Of a stretch of 41,709 nt of DNA, positions 9,829 through 19,110 are shown piece after piece. The DNA comes from Bacillota bacterium. GTDB lineage: Bacteria > Bacillota > Proteinivoracia > UBA4975. The DNA lies in the NCBI GenBank assembly GCA_012727415.1, contig JAAYHI010000023.1, positions 1 to 41,709 of the forward strand, given 5' to 3'. Under the pieces are notes generated by a model. That model saw only the letters and a program-made list of their open reading frames with translations. It was not told the origin of the DNA and ran no database searches. The stretch's first letter is position 1; each line of letters begins with the position of its first letter. Position numbers and translations under genes: made by a program.

Positions 9829-10721
9829 ACCTCAACTTCTTGCGCACCTTTGTCAGTGTTGTCGAAGAAGGCAACTTCTCCCGGGCGGCTGCCCGCCTGC
9901 ATCTGTCCCAGCCTGCAGTGAGCATGCAGATGCAGACTTTGGCAGATGACCTGGGTGTAGAATTGTTTCGGCGCCGGGGCCATCGGGTGGAACTGACTGA
10001 AGGCGGGCGCCTCCTGTATGACAAGGCCCGGGATATCCTGGGACTTTGGCAGAAGACGGTGCACCAGCTGGAGGGGCTGCAGCAGCAGCTGCAGGGCAGG
10101 CTGCAGTTGGGGGCCAGTACTGTCCCGGGAGACTACATTCTTCCTCCGCGACTATGTGAATTTTTTCGCCTCCATCCCGATATAGAAGTGCGCATGCAAG
10201 TTGCCCCCAGCCGGGAGATTATCAGGGAGCTGAAAGCGGGGCACCTGGACCTGGCAGTAGTGGGCCTTGAGCCTGAGGAGCCTGATTTGGCCAGGGAAGT
10301 GCTGCTGCGGGATCAGTTGGTGGCAGTAGTCAGCCCTGACCACCAGCTGGCTCAGGGCAGGCATATTACTGTTGACGATTTGCTGGCCCATCCCTTTTTG
10401 CAGCGAGGGGAGGGCTCGGCAACAAGACAGGTTTTGGATGATGCCCTCAAGGCAAAGGGAGTGAACCCCAGGCGGTTGCCGGTGGTGATGGAGCTTGGCA
10501 GCAGCCGGGCGCTGCTGGAAGCTGCCGCCCAGGGCTTAGGGGTGGCAGTGGTGTCAAGCCTTGCGGCCGCCGACTATTTCCAACAGGGGCAACTGGTGGG
10601 CAAGCCCGTCTCGGGCCTGGAGCTCAAGCGGAGCTTTTGGCTGGTGCAGCCCAAGGTTTCCCTGTCTGCAGTTGTGACCGCTTTCATTAATTTTTTGCGA
10701 AGGAGTGAAAATCTTGCCTGA
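9825..10721 (+). CDS. LysR-family transcriptional regulator
   Basis: N-terminal HTH 'LRTFVSVVEEGNFSRAAARLHLSQPAVSMQMQTLADDLGVELFRR' and a LysR substrate-binding-type C-terminal half. ATGA overlap with the selB stop. Confidence 0.9.
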   Translation: MNLNFLRTFVSVVEEGNFSRAAARLHLSQPAVSMQMQTLADDLGVELFRRRGHRVELTEGGRLLYDKARDILGLWQKTVHQLEGLQQQLQGRLQLGASTVPGDYILPPRLCEFFRLHPDIEVRMQVAPSREIIRELKAGHLDLAVVGLEPEEPDLAREVLLRDQLVAVVSPDHQLAQGRHITVDDLLAHPFLQRGEGSATRQVLDDALKAKGVNPRRLPVVMELGSSRALLEAAAQGLGVAVVSSLAAADYFQQGQLVGKPVSGLELKRSFWLVQPKVSLSAVVTAFINFLRRSENLA

Positions 10722-11742
10722 AGATATTCGCCTTACCCAAATGACAGAGGCAGCAGGCTGAGGTGCTAAACTGGGTCCGGGAGACCTGGCGCAAGTACTG
10801 GCGAAGCTGGATCTTAAGCCCGATGCCAACCTGCTGGTGGGGGCAAACACTGCAGATGACGCCGCTGTATACAAACTCAATGCCGAGCTGGCTGTTATCA
10901 GCACTCTGGACTTTTTTACCCCGATGCTGGATGACCCATACTCCTTCGGTCAGGTGGCTGCCGCCAACGCCCTCAGCGACATCTATGCCATGGGAGGGGT
11001 TCCCTTTCTCGCCCTCAACATCGTCGTCTATCCCCGCAAGCTTCCCCTGGAAGTGTTGGAATCGATTCTGCGGGGAGGCGCCGACAAAGTGATGGAAGCC
11101 GGTGCCAGGCTGGCGGGGGGGCATTCCATTGCTGAAGACAGCCCCATGTATGGCCTTGCTGTCAACGGCCTGGTCCACCCCGATAAAATCTGGACCAATG
11201 CCGGCGCAAAACCCGGGGACGCTTTGGTGTTGACCAAGCCCCTTGGCAGCGGCATCCTCTGCACAGCCATCAAGGGCGGCATTGCCACTGAGGAAGAAAT
11301 CTCCGCCGTTACCGAAGCAATGACCACTCTCAATGCCGCTGCCGCGAAAGCCGCTGCGGATTTAGAGGTTCATTCCTGCACTGACATCACCGGCTTCGGC
11401 CTGCTGGGCCATTTATCGGAAATGATGCTGGCCAGCAATGTGCGGGCAGAACTGGAATATGCCAGCATCCCCTTGATTACCGGTGTGGTGGAAAAGGCAA
11501 GTATGGGCATGGTCCCGGGAGGAGCCTACCGCAACAAAAAGCACCAAAGCTGCATGGTGCATTTCGCCAAGCCTGTAAGCGATGCTGAGGCCGATGTCCT
11601 CTTTGATCCCCAGACTTCCGGGGGCCTGCTCTTCAGCCTGCCCGAGGAGGATGCCAGGGTGTTGACCCGGCAGAATGTCGGCTGGCGCATAGGGCGGGTT
11701 CTGCCTCCGGGTGAAGATGGCAAATTGCTGCACATTGTCTAG
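10714..11742 (+). CDS. selD: Selenide, water dikinase (selenophosphate synthetase), Sec-containing form
   Basis: Reading from TTG-10714 (RBS AGGAG at 10701-10705) gives 'MPEDIRLTQMTEAAG-U-GAKLGPGDLAQVL'. TGA 10759-10761 sits where E. coli SelD has the catalytic Cys ('IRLTQYSHGAGCGCKI'). The ORF-track entry 10837-11742 is only the part downstream of the UGA. Confidence 0.88.
10771..10789 (+). promoter_or_regulatory. Candidate bacterial SECIS hairpin for the selD UGA
   Basis: CUGGGUC-CGGGA-GACCUGG forms a 7-bp stem (two G.U pairs) starting 10 nt after UGA-10759. The apical region contains GGUC, as in known bacterial SECIS elements. Confidence 0.4.
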
Positions 11743-11780
11743 CTCTTGCATCCCTTTGGGGATAAAGCTATAATATTACC

Positions 11781-11875
11781 GGGAATGGAGGAGTCCTGGT
11801 GGACTCTCTGGACTTCAAATCCAGTAACGGGCAGTGTATGTCCGTGGTGGGTTCGATTCCCATGCATTCCCGCCA
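11781..11875 (+). tRNA. selC: tRNA-Sec (anticodon UCA)
   Basis: 95 nt. It has a long acceptor stem (GGGAATG.../...CATTCCC), a 6-bp D stem GAGTCC/GGACTC with a 4-nt loop, and an anticodon stem CTGGA/TCCAG with loop CTTCAAA (UCA). It also has a long variable arm, T-loop GGTTCGATTCC, discriminator G and an encoded CCA. Confidence 0.93.
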
Positions 11876-11911
11876 TTTTTTTATATTCTTGGTTTAAGGA
11901 GGTGTTCCGCC

Positions 11912-12607
11912 TTGAACCTTAAGACAAAGCGCCAGGTAGTTACTGTTACCAGCGGACAAGCTGGGGAAAGGACTGACTTGCTGGCAACTGAAAGGCCGCT
12001 GACTATAATTGTCAACGGCCGTCAATATATTAGCCTGTTTTCCAGCGGCGGGTACGTGGAAGAACTGGCTGTGGGCTATGCCTTCAATCAGGGACTGCTG
12101 GCTTCCAGGGAAGACATACGCTCTCTGTCTGTCGGCGGCGACAGGGCGGTACTGGACCTTGCCGCCAAGCCGGGATCGGGAACCCTTCCCAGGATCACGG
12201 CGGGGATTAAGCTGCCGCCAGCCCAGATAACCAGACTTATGACAGAGTTTTCTTCAGCTTCTGTACTGTTTCAGGAGACCGGGGCGGTGCACTCGGCGGC
12301 CCTGGCGGGGGAGACAATCCTTGTCTTTCGGGAGGATATCTCCAGGCACAACACCATTGACATGTTGGCCGGTACCATAATTCTGCAGGGACTGAATCCT
12401 GAGTCCTTGTGCCTGCTTACCAGCGGCCGGATTTCTTCCGAGGTCGTCAGCAAATGCCATCGCATGGGAATAGGCCTTCTCATATCCCGCTCCGCTCCCA
12501 CTGCCCTGGCAGTGGAGCTGGCTGCAGAAGCGGGCATTACTGTAATTGGTTTTGCCCGGGAACAGCGCTTTAATATATACTGCAATCGGTGGAGGGTGGA
12601 GATATAA
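11912..12607 (+). CDS. fdhD: FdhD-family formate dehydrogenase accessory protein (sulfurtransferase family)
   Basis: 'GAVHSAALA', 'REDISRHNTIDMLAG', 'LLTSGRISSEVVSKCHRMGIGLLISRSAPTALAVELA' and 'GITVIGFAREQRFNIY' match the FdhD core. TTG-11912 (RBS AGGAGG at 11897-11902) is chosen because the ORF-track start at 11834 lies inside tRNA-Sec. Confidence 0.8.
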   Translation: MNLKTKRQVVTVTSGQAGERTDLLATERPLTIIVNGRQYISLFSSGGYVEELAVGYAFNQGLLASREDIRSLSVGGDRAVLDLAAKPGSGTLPRITAGIKLPPAQITRLMTEFSSASVLFQETGAVHSAALAGETILVFREDISRHNTIDMLAGTIILQGLNPESLCLLTSGRISSEVVSKCHRMGIGLLISRSAPTALAVELAAEAGITVIGFAREQRFNIYCNRWRVEI

Positions 12608-13144
12608 GTGTTGAGACAGATCTTGGGCTTGTTGCTCCTGGCGGGAGTGGGCATAGCTTTGCTGGCAGGCGGCATTGCCGGAGCCCATGGCTGGGAGCTG
12701 CTTGCCCTGATAACCATAGGCCTGTTATTTTGCTTGGGGTTGGCCAGGCTCTTTTTCGCCCTGAAGGGAGGCGCCGCCAGCGGGGAAAGGGCGGGATTTC
12801 TGCCCATTGTTACTGCTGCAATTGTTGGCGCTGCTGCAACCTGGGGGCTGAGGGCGGGCCTGGGAATCAACCCATGCGTCGCTTCGGGGTTAGTGGGCAT
12901 TGTTGCTGCTCTGGCCCTGTCGGAGAATGTGGCGGCGGCGGTTTACGCAGCGTCCTTTGTCGCTACTTCCTCGCTGACGGTGTTGCCAGGCCTGCCCTTG
13001 GTGCTGTGGGCAGGGGCTTTAACAGGCGGCATTTGCTGCCTCACCTCCTCCGCCTATGCAGGCGTCGGCGGCAAACTGGGCACGATCGCTGCCGGGGCAG
13101 TGTTGGCTACCATGCTGATCTTCAGGGCTTTAGGGGGGATGTAG
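12608..13144 (+). CDS. Gly/Ala-rich integral membrane protein, unknown family
   Basis: 178 aa, about 5 hydrophobic segments. GTG start lies immediately after the fdhD stop. The C-terminal motif 'AYAGVGGKLGTIAAGAV' is shared with the next ORF. Confidence 0.6.
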   Translation: MLRQILGLLLLAGVGIALLAGGIAGAHGWELLALITIGLLFCLGLARLFFALKGGAASGERAGFLPIVTAAIVGAAATWGLRAGLGINPCVASGLVGIVAALALSENVAAAVYAASFVATSSLTVLPGLPLVLWAGALTGGICCLTSSAYAGVGGKLGTIAAGAVLATMLIFRALGGM

Positions 13145-13145
13145 C

Positions 13146-13523
13146 ATGTCCTTCCTCCAGGTCCTCATTACTTCCCTGGCGGCAGGTCTGCTGACCCGGT
13201 TTCTCACCTCCCGCCTGCAGCGGGGGCCGGTGCTTTCCTCAGCTCTTGTTACAGTGGCGGCCGGCTTAGCGTTGCCTGTACTTCTCTCCCAGGGAGGAGC
13301 CCTGGTGCCGGTGGCAGCCTGTGCTTCCTATGTTGGGATGACGGCCGACAATCGCTTGGACAGGCCCTGGCAGCTGGCAGTTGCCTTGAGCCTCAGCGCA
13401 GTTCTCTATGTTGCCTCCGCTGCAACCTTTACAGGCATTGGCGGCAAGGGGGGCACTATAGCTGCCATCGCTGTCATTGCTGTATGGGGATGCGTCGGGC
13501 GCCATGCTCAGGATTCTCAATAA
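13146..13523 (+). CDS. Gly/Ala-rich integral membrane protein, paralog of the preceding ORF
   Basis: 125 aa, starting 1 nt after the previous stop. 'TFTGIGGKGGTIAAIAV' aligns with 'AYAGVGGKLGTIAAGAV' of the neighbour, and 'VAACASYVGMTA' with 'VYAASFVATSS'. Confidence 0.6.
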   Translation: MSFLQVLITSLAAGLLTRFLTSRLQRGPVLSSALVTVAAGLALPVLLSQGGALVPVAACASYVGMTADNRLDRPWQLAVALSLSAVLYVASAATFTGIGGKGGTIAAIAVIAVWGCVGRHAQDSQ

Positions 13524-13530
13524 ACCTTGA

Positions 13531-13556
13531 CCTCAGCCCACAGGGGCTGGGGTTTT
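13531..13556 (+). terminator. Rho-independent terminator
   Basis: 9-bp stem CCTCAGCCC/GGGCTGGGG (one G.U pair), loop ACAG, then TTTT. It starts 8 nt after the stop at 13523. Confidence 0.55.
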
Positions 13557-13684
13557 GTATATTTGATTCTTTTGGGGAAATAATGATATGGTGGACTCAG
13601 GAAGGCAGGCGCCATAATCAGGAGCTTCAGCAAGCTTTGGCAAGCTAATTGCCCATAATCGCTGAAAATCGCAAAATATCATTG

Positions 13685-13713
13685 TTGCCCTTAATGGCCC
13701 TAGACCTTAAAAT
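13685..13713 (+). promoter_or_regulatory. Putative groESL promoter (TTGCCC-17-TAAAAT)
   Basis: -35-like TTGCCC at 13685-13690, a 17-nt spacer and -10-like TAAAAT at 13708-13713, immediately upstream of the CIRCE operator. Confidence 0.4.
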
Positions 13714-13724
13714 AATACTTGGTG

Positions 13725-13751
13725 TTAGCACTCAGCAAGGGCGAGTGCTAA
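13725..13751 (+). promoter_or_regulatory. CIRCE operator (HrcA binding site)
   Basis: TTAGCACTC-N9-GAGTGCTAA is a perfect match to the CIRCE consensus, 30 nt upstream of groES. Confidence 0.95.
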
Positions 13752-13780
13752 CAAAAACAATAAAGAAGGAGGTCAATTTG

Positions 13781-14068
13781 ATGAACATCAAGCCTCTTGG
13801 CGATCGTGTGGTAATTAAGGCATTGGAACAGGATGAAATTACCCCCAGCGGCATTGTCTTGCCGGACAAGGCCAAGGAAAAGCCCCAGGAAGGTGAAGTT
13901 ATCGCTGTTGGCCCCGGCAAAGTCCTGGAAAACGGGACCCGCCAGGAAATGGAAGTCAAGGTCGGGGACAGGGTAATCTATTCCAAGTATGCCGGTACCG
14001 AAATTAAGAAAGATGGCCAGGAATACCTGATTCTCAGCGAACGAGATATCCTGGCAATAGTGGGCTAA
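13781..14068 (+). CDS. groES: Co-chaperonin GroES
   Basis: '[13 protein letters not shown]...[15 protein letters not shown]...[14 protein letters not shown]' is GroES. ATG-13781 follows RBS GAAGGAGG. The longer ORF-track start at 13649 would run through CIRCE. Confidence 0.95.
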   Translation: MNIKPLGDRVVIKALEQDEITPSGIVLPDKAKEKPQEGEVIAVGPGKVLENGTRQEMEVKVGDRVIYSKYAGTEIKKDGQEYLILSERDILAIVG

Positions 14069-14071
14069 TAA

Positions 14072-15721
<1,650 letters not shown>

Positions 15722-15730
15722 AATAATCAA

Positions 15731-15757
15731 AAGGACCGTTAAGCGGTCCTTTTTTTA
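15731..15757 (+). terminator. Rho-independent terminator of groESL
   Basis: AAGGACCG-TTAAG-CGGTCCTT hairpin followed by a T7 run. Confidence 0.85.
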
Positions 15758-15819
15758 TGTGTTTTGTTACGAAAAAACAAAAAACAGGAAGGCATTTTTT
15801 CAAATTATGGCGAAGTAAT

Positions 15820-17055
15820 ATGAGACATTTTTTTAAAGGGGGTCTTATTTTGCCTAAGTTCAGGGGAGGTTTTTGGGTAATGTCCCTCTTTACATGTATC
15901 GCCCTTATGAGTGCCGCCTGGATTCATAAGCCCCTGTTGTGGTTTCTCTTTTACCTGGGCCTGGGCTGCATCCTGCTGGCTGTGCTCTACCGCTGGAGGA
16001 ACTGGTCAGCCCTTGAAATTACCAGGAGCTTTAACACCGACAAGATTATAATGGAGGCAGGTTCAACCCTGCAGATATTGCTGCATGCCAGGGTCATGAG
16101 ATTATTGCCCTGGCCCTGGATAGAAATTGAGGATGTTTTGCCCCCGGCCCTGGCCAGGCACATGGCCAGGGAGCCAAAGGAGCATTTAGTCTGGGCTCGC
16201 AAAGGCACAGTGCAATATGCTTCTTTCCGCGTCCCCAATCTTCCTCGCGGCATACACCAGTGGGATACTTTTCTGTATCAATCAGGAGACCCCCTGGGGT
16301 TTGTCACTTACAGGGGACGGATAAGACAGCCAGCCGAACTCTTGGTTTACCCGCGGACAATTGAATTGCCTGCCTGGAGTTTCTTTCCCCGCCGGGTGGA
16401 GGGAGCTGTCATGCCCAAGAGGACTTTTAACCAAAGCCAGGTGCAATTAGCCGGAATCCGGGATTATCAGCCGGGAGACAGGTTTGGCCTTATCGACTGG
16501 AAGTCGACAGCCAAAACCGGAAATTTGCTTTCCAAGGAATTCGAGCCCTTGCTGATGAGTTTTTCTCTGGTAGTCCTGGATTGCACCATAGATTCCTGGA
16601 AGCGGGATTATGACCCGGCTTTTGAAGACGCAGTGGTTGTAGCTGCCTCGTTGGTCAAAGGGGCGGTGGCAGCCCATATTCCCACCCGGTTTCACAGCAA
16701 TTACACCCGGCAGCGGGGACAGATGTCGATCACTTCCAAGGCAGATTACTATACTCTTCTGGGGCATCTGGCTGCTATTGACTCTGACGGCAGGGATATT
16801 ATGACCCAAATGCTGTACCAGGAATTGTTCCTCCGGGATAATAATGTAGTGGTTGTATCTTCCCACCGGGGAATAAAGCTGCGCCAGGTGCTGCGCCACA
16901 TATCGGTGCGGGGAAATGCCGTTACTTTAATTATGGTCAACGGCAAGACTGAGCTTCAGGCACCTGTCTCCACCAGGAGAGACGGGTACTATACTGAAAT
17001 CTTTATCGACACGCCGGAAGATTTAATTCAGGCTAGGGCAAAGGAAGTGATTTAA
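15820..17055 (+). CDS. DUF58 family protein with N-terminal TM hairpin
   Basis: 'IRDYQPGDRFGLIDWKSTAKTGNLLSKEFE' is the DUF58 signature. The start is uncertain: ATG-15820 is used here, and TTG-15850 and ATG-15880 are also possible. The ORF-track start at 15757 lies in the groEL terminator tail. Confidence 0.75.
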   Translation: MRHFFKGGLILPKFRGGFWVMSLFTCIALMSAAWIHKPLLWFLFYLGLGCILLAVLYRWRNWSALEITRSFNTDKIIMEAGSTLQILLHARVMRLLPWPWIEIEDVLPPALARHMAREPKEHLVWARKGTVQYASFRVPNLPRGIHQWDTFLYQSGDPLGFVTYRGRIRQPAELLVYPRTIELPAWSFFPRRVEGAVMPKRTFNQSQVQLAGIRDYQPGDRFGLIDWKSTAKTGNLLSKEFEPLLMSFSLVVLDCTIDSWKRDYDPAFEDAVVVAASLVKGAVAAHIPTRFHSNYTRQRGQMSITSKADYYTLLGHLAAIDSDGRDIMTQMLYQELFLRDNNVVVVSSHRGIKLRQVLRHISVRGNAVTLIMVNGKTELQAPVSTRRDGYYTEIFIDTPEDLIQARAKEVI

Positions 17056-17056
17056 T

Positions 17057-19090
17057 TTGCGGGCCGATGTAATTAAAAAAATCCTCTGCGGGCTGTGGTT
17101 TATGATACTGGTGGCAGGACTGAATACTGTAATGAGGTTCATTGATTCCGGCATTCTCATTCTCGTCTTTCTCTTCTTCACCCTGGTGGACCTGATCTTC
17201 TCCAAAGCAGGTATATTTATCAAGGTGTTTATCTCTCTATTGTTGGTACACAGGAAATATTACATCGGCAATTTTTTCAATTTGCGGTGGCTTACCTGGC
17301 TGGCCCAGGACATGGGCAGGGACCTGGCAGCTATCAGCCAACAAGGTTTGGTTATGGTACAGCCGGTTACGGCAATGGTTCTCACTTTAGCAACACTGAT
17401 TGTGTTGCAGACTGTTTTCTTCATTGTCTTTAAACGGGGCAGGGGAATAACTTTTTTCCTCTGTTTGGGGACTGCCCTCCTTGCTGCTGCTTATACATGG
17501 CAGGGAGATGGCTCGGTGTGGTATACCGTATTCTTTGTCATCCTTGGCCTGATTTTGAAGGCCACTTTACCCCTGGAGATGAAAGCCTCCTTCCCCCTGG
17601 GCCGCTGGCTGAGGCTGTTGCTGGCAACGGTGCTGGTGTTAACTGCTGTTGCCTGGGCAATGCCTGACCCCGGCCTGGATTTCAGCGATTGGATGGGGGA
17701 CGGGTTGGTATGGAAGTATGATCCCCTTGCGCCCCCAAGGGGCAAGGTGGGCTACAGCTCTTATGACGGGGCACTGGGTTCCGCCCTTAACGATGACGAT
17801 ACTCCTGCCTTGCTGGTAATAACCCCAGTACCCGTATACTTACGGGGAGAAACCAGGTGGCATTATACCGGCTCTGGCTGGGAGTCTCCCACTCTGGTTA
17901 AGGAGGACTCACCCCAGTTGGCACCGCAGCATCTCAAGGGCGAAGAAATTGACATTACTGTAGAGGTGCTTGCTGCTGCCAGCCTCATCTTTGCCCCCCG
18001 CTACCCCGTAGATATAGAAGTGCAAGGCGGCAGTTATGACGTCTATCTCCCCAGGGACATTAATCCGGTTTATCCGTACGAGAATTATAAATACAGCGCC
18101 CACTTAGAAGAAGGGGATACATATCGCCTGTCGGTGTTTTTGCCGGAAGATGATCCCGAAGCCCTGAGGGAGTTAACTTCTGCCAAGGCAGACTCCAAGT
18201 ACTATTCCCTGGATAATATTACTGCCAGGGTTTATGAACTGGCGCAAACCATCGTGGCGGGAAAGACAAACAGTTACGACAAGGCGGTGGCGATTGCATC
18301 CTACCTGCGTTATAACTGGGACTATTCCCTGGAGACTGAGCAACCGGAACCGGGAACAGATTTTGTCGAGGACTTCTTGTTTAACAGGAGAGATGGTTAT
18401 TGCGTGCATTTTTCCACATCCTTTGTCGTCCTTGCCCGTGCGGCAGGGCTTCCCGCCCGTTGGGTCAAGGGATACAGTTTCGGCTCTCGGGAAGAGGAGG
18501 GCACTTACCTCCTGCGCAACAACAATGCCCATTCCTGGGCGGAAGTGTGGTTTGACGACTACGGCTGGATACCTTTTGAACCTACTCCCGGGGGCGCCCA
18601 TTTGCGGCCGGATGTTGGGGTTCCCCCGCCAAGGAATCCAAGTACCAATAAACCCGATCCCGGGGAAGAGCAGCCGCCTCCTGACCCCGGGACCAGCGGA
18701 CCCAAGACCGAAACACCTGAAGGTAAGAAAGCGGTTAAATGGTGGCCCTATCCAGTGATTGGGGGGGCTGTCATTGCCCTGGCTGTTGCCCTCTACCTGG
18801 TAGTGAAAAAGAGACGGGACGCCATCGGCATCCGGGAAGTTTATGCCCGGTTGCAGGCTCGCCTCAGGATATTTGGCTGGCAGCGGCACCGGTGGGAAAC
18901 TCCGCGCGAGCATTTGGACCGGGTGGAGGGCTTGCCTGACCGGCCAAAACTCGGTAGATTTGTCCGCCGGTTTGAAGACTCGGTTTATGGGGGTGCGGAA
19001 GAGCCTCCGAAAGATGAACGTCAACTCGGCAGGGGCTATTCCCTGGTGGGGCTGCTCATCCATCGCCTCACCCGCGCCAAAGGAAATTAG
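17057..19090 (+). CDS. Transglutaminase-like membrane protein (TgpA/YebA type with DUF4129-like C-terminus)
   Basis: 677 aa with a multi-TM N-terminus. The transglutaminase core is 'RDGYCVHFSTSFVVLARAAGLPARWVKGY ... NAHSWAEVWFDDYGWIPFEPTP' (Cys-His-Asp). A Pro-rich linker, a late TM helix and a C-terminal region follow. Confidence 0.88.
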   Translation: MRADVIKKILCGLWFMILVAGLNTVMRFIDSGILILVFLFFTLVDLIFSKAGIFIKVFISLLLVHRKYYIGNFFNLRWLTWLAQDMGRDLAAISQQGLVMVQPVTAMVLTLATLIVLQTVFFIVFKRGRGITFFLCLGTALLAAAYTWQGDGSVWYTVFFVILGLILKATLPLEMKASFPLGRWLRLLLATVLVLTAVAWAMPDPGLDFSDWMGDGLVWKYDPLAPPRGKVGYSSYDGALGSALNDDDTPALLVITPVPVYLRGETRWHYTGSGWESPTLVKEDSPQLAPQHLKGEEIDITVEVLAAASLIFAPRYPVDIEVQGGSYDVYLPRDINPVYPYENYKYSAHLEEGDTYRLSVFLPEDDPEALRELTSAKADSKYYSLDNITARVYELAQTIVAGKTNSYDKAVAIASYLRYNWDYSLETEQPEPGTDFVEDFLFNRRDGYCVHFSTSFVVLARAAGLPARWVKGYSFGSREEEGTYLLRNNNAHSWAEVWFDDYGWIPFEPTPGGAHLRPDVGVPPPRNPSTNKPDPGEEQPPPDPGTSGPKTETPEGKKAVKWWPYPVIGGAVIALAVALYLVVKKRRDAIGIREVYARLQARLRIFGWQRHRWETPREHLDRVEGLPDRPKLGRFVRRFEDSVYGGAEEPPKDERQLGRGYSLVGLLIHRLTRAKGN

Positions 19091-19110
19091 CATAAGGAGA
19101 GAGGGGAAAA

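Noticed and set aside
11834-11911. ORF-track start of fdhD at 11834.
   Set aside because: The first 14 codons lie inside the tRNA-Sec gene (11781-11875). TTG-11912, with AGGAGG 9 nt upstream, is the credible start.
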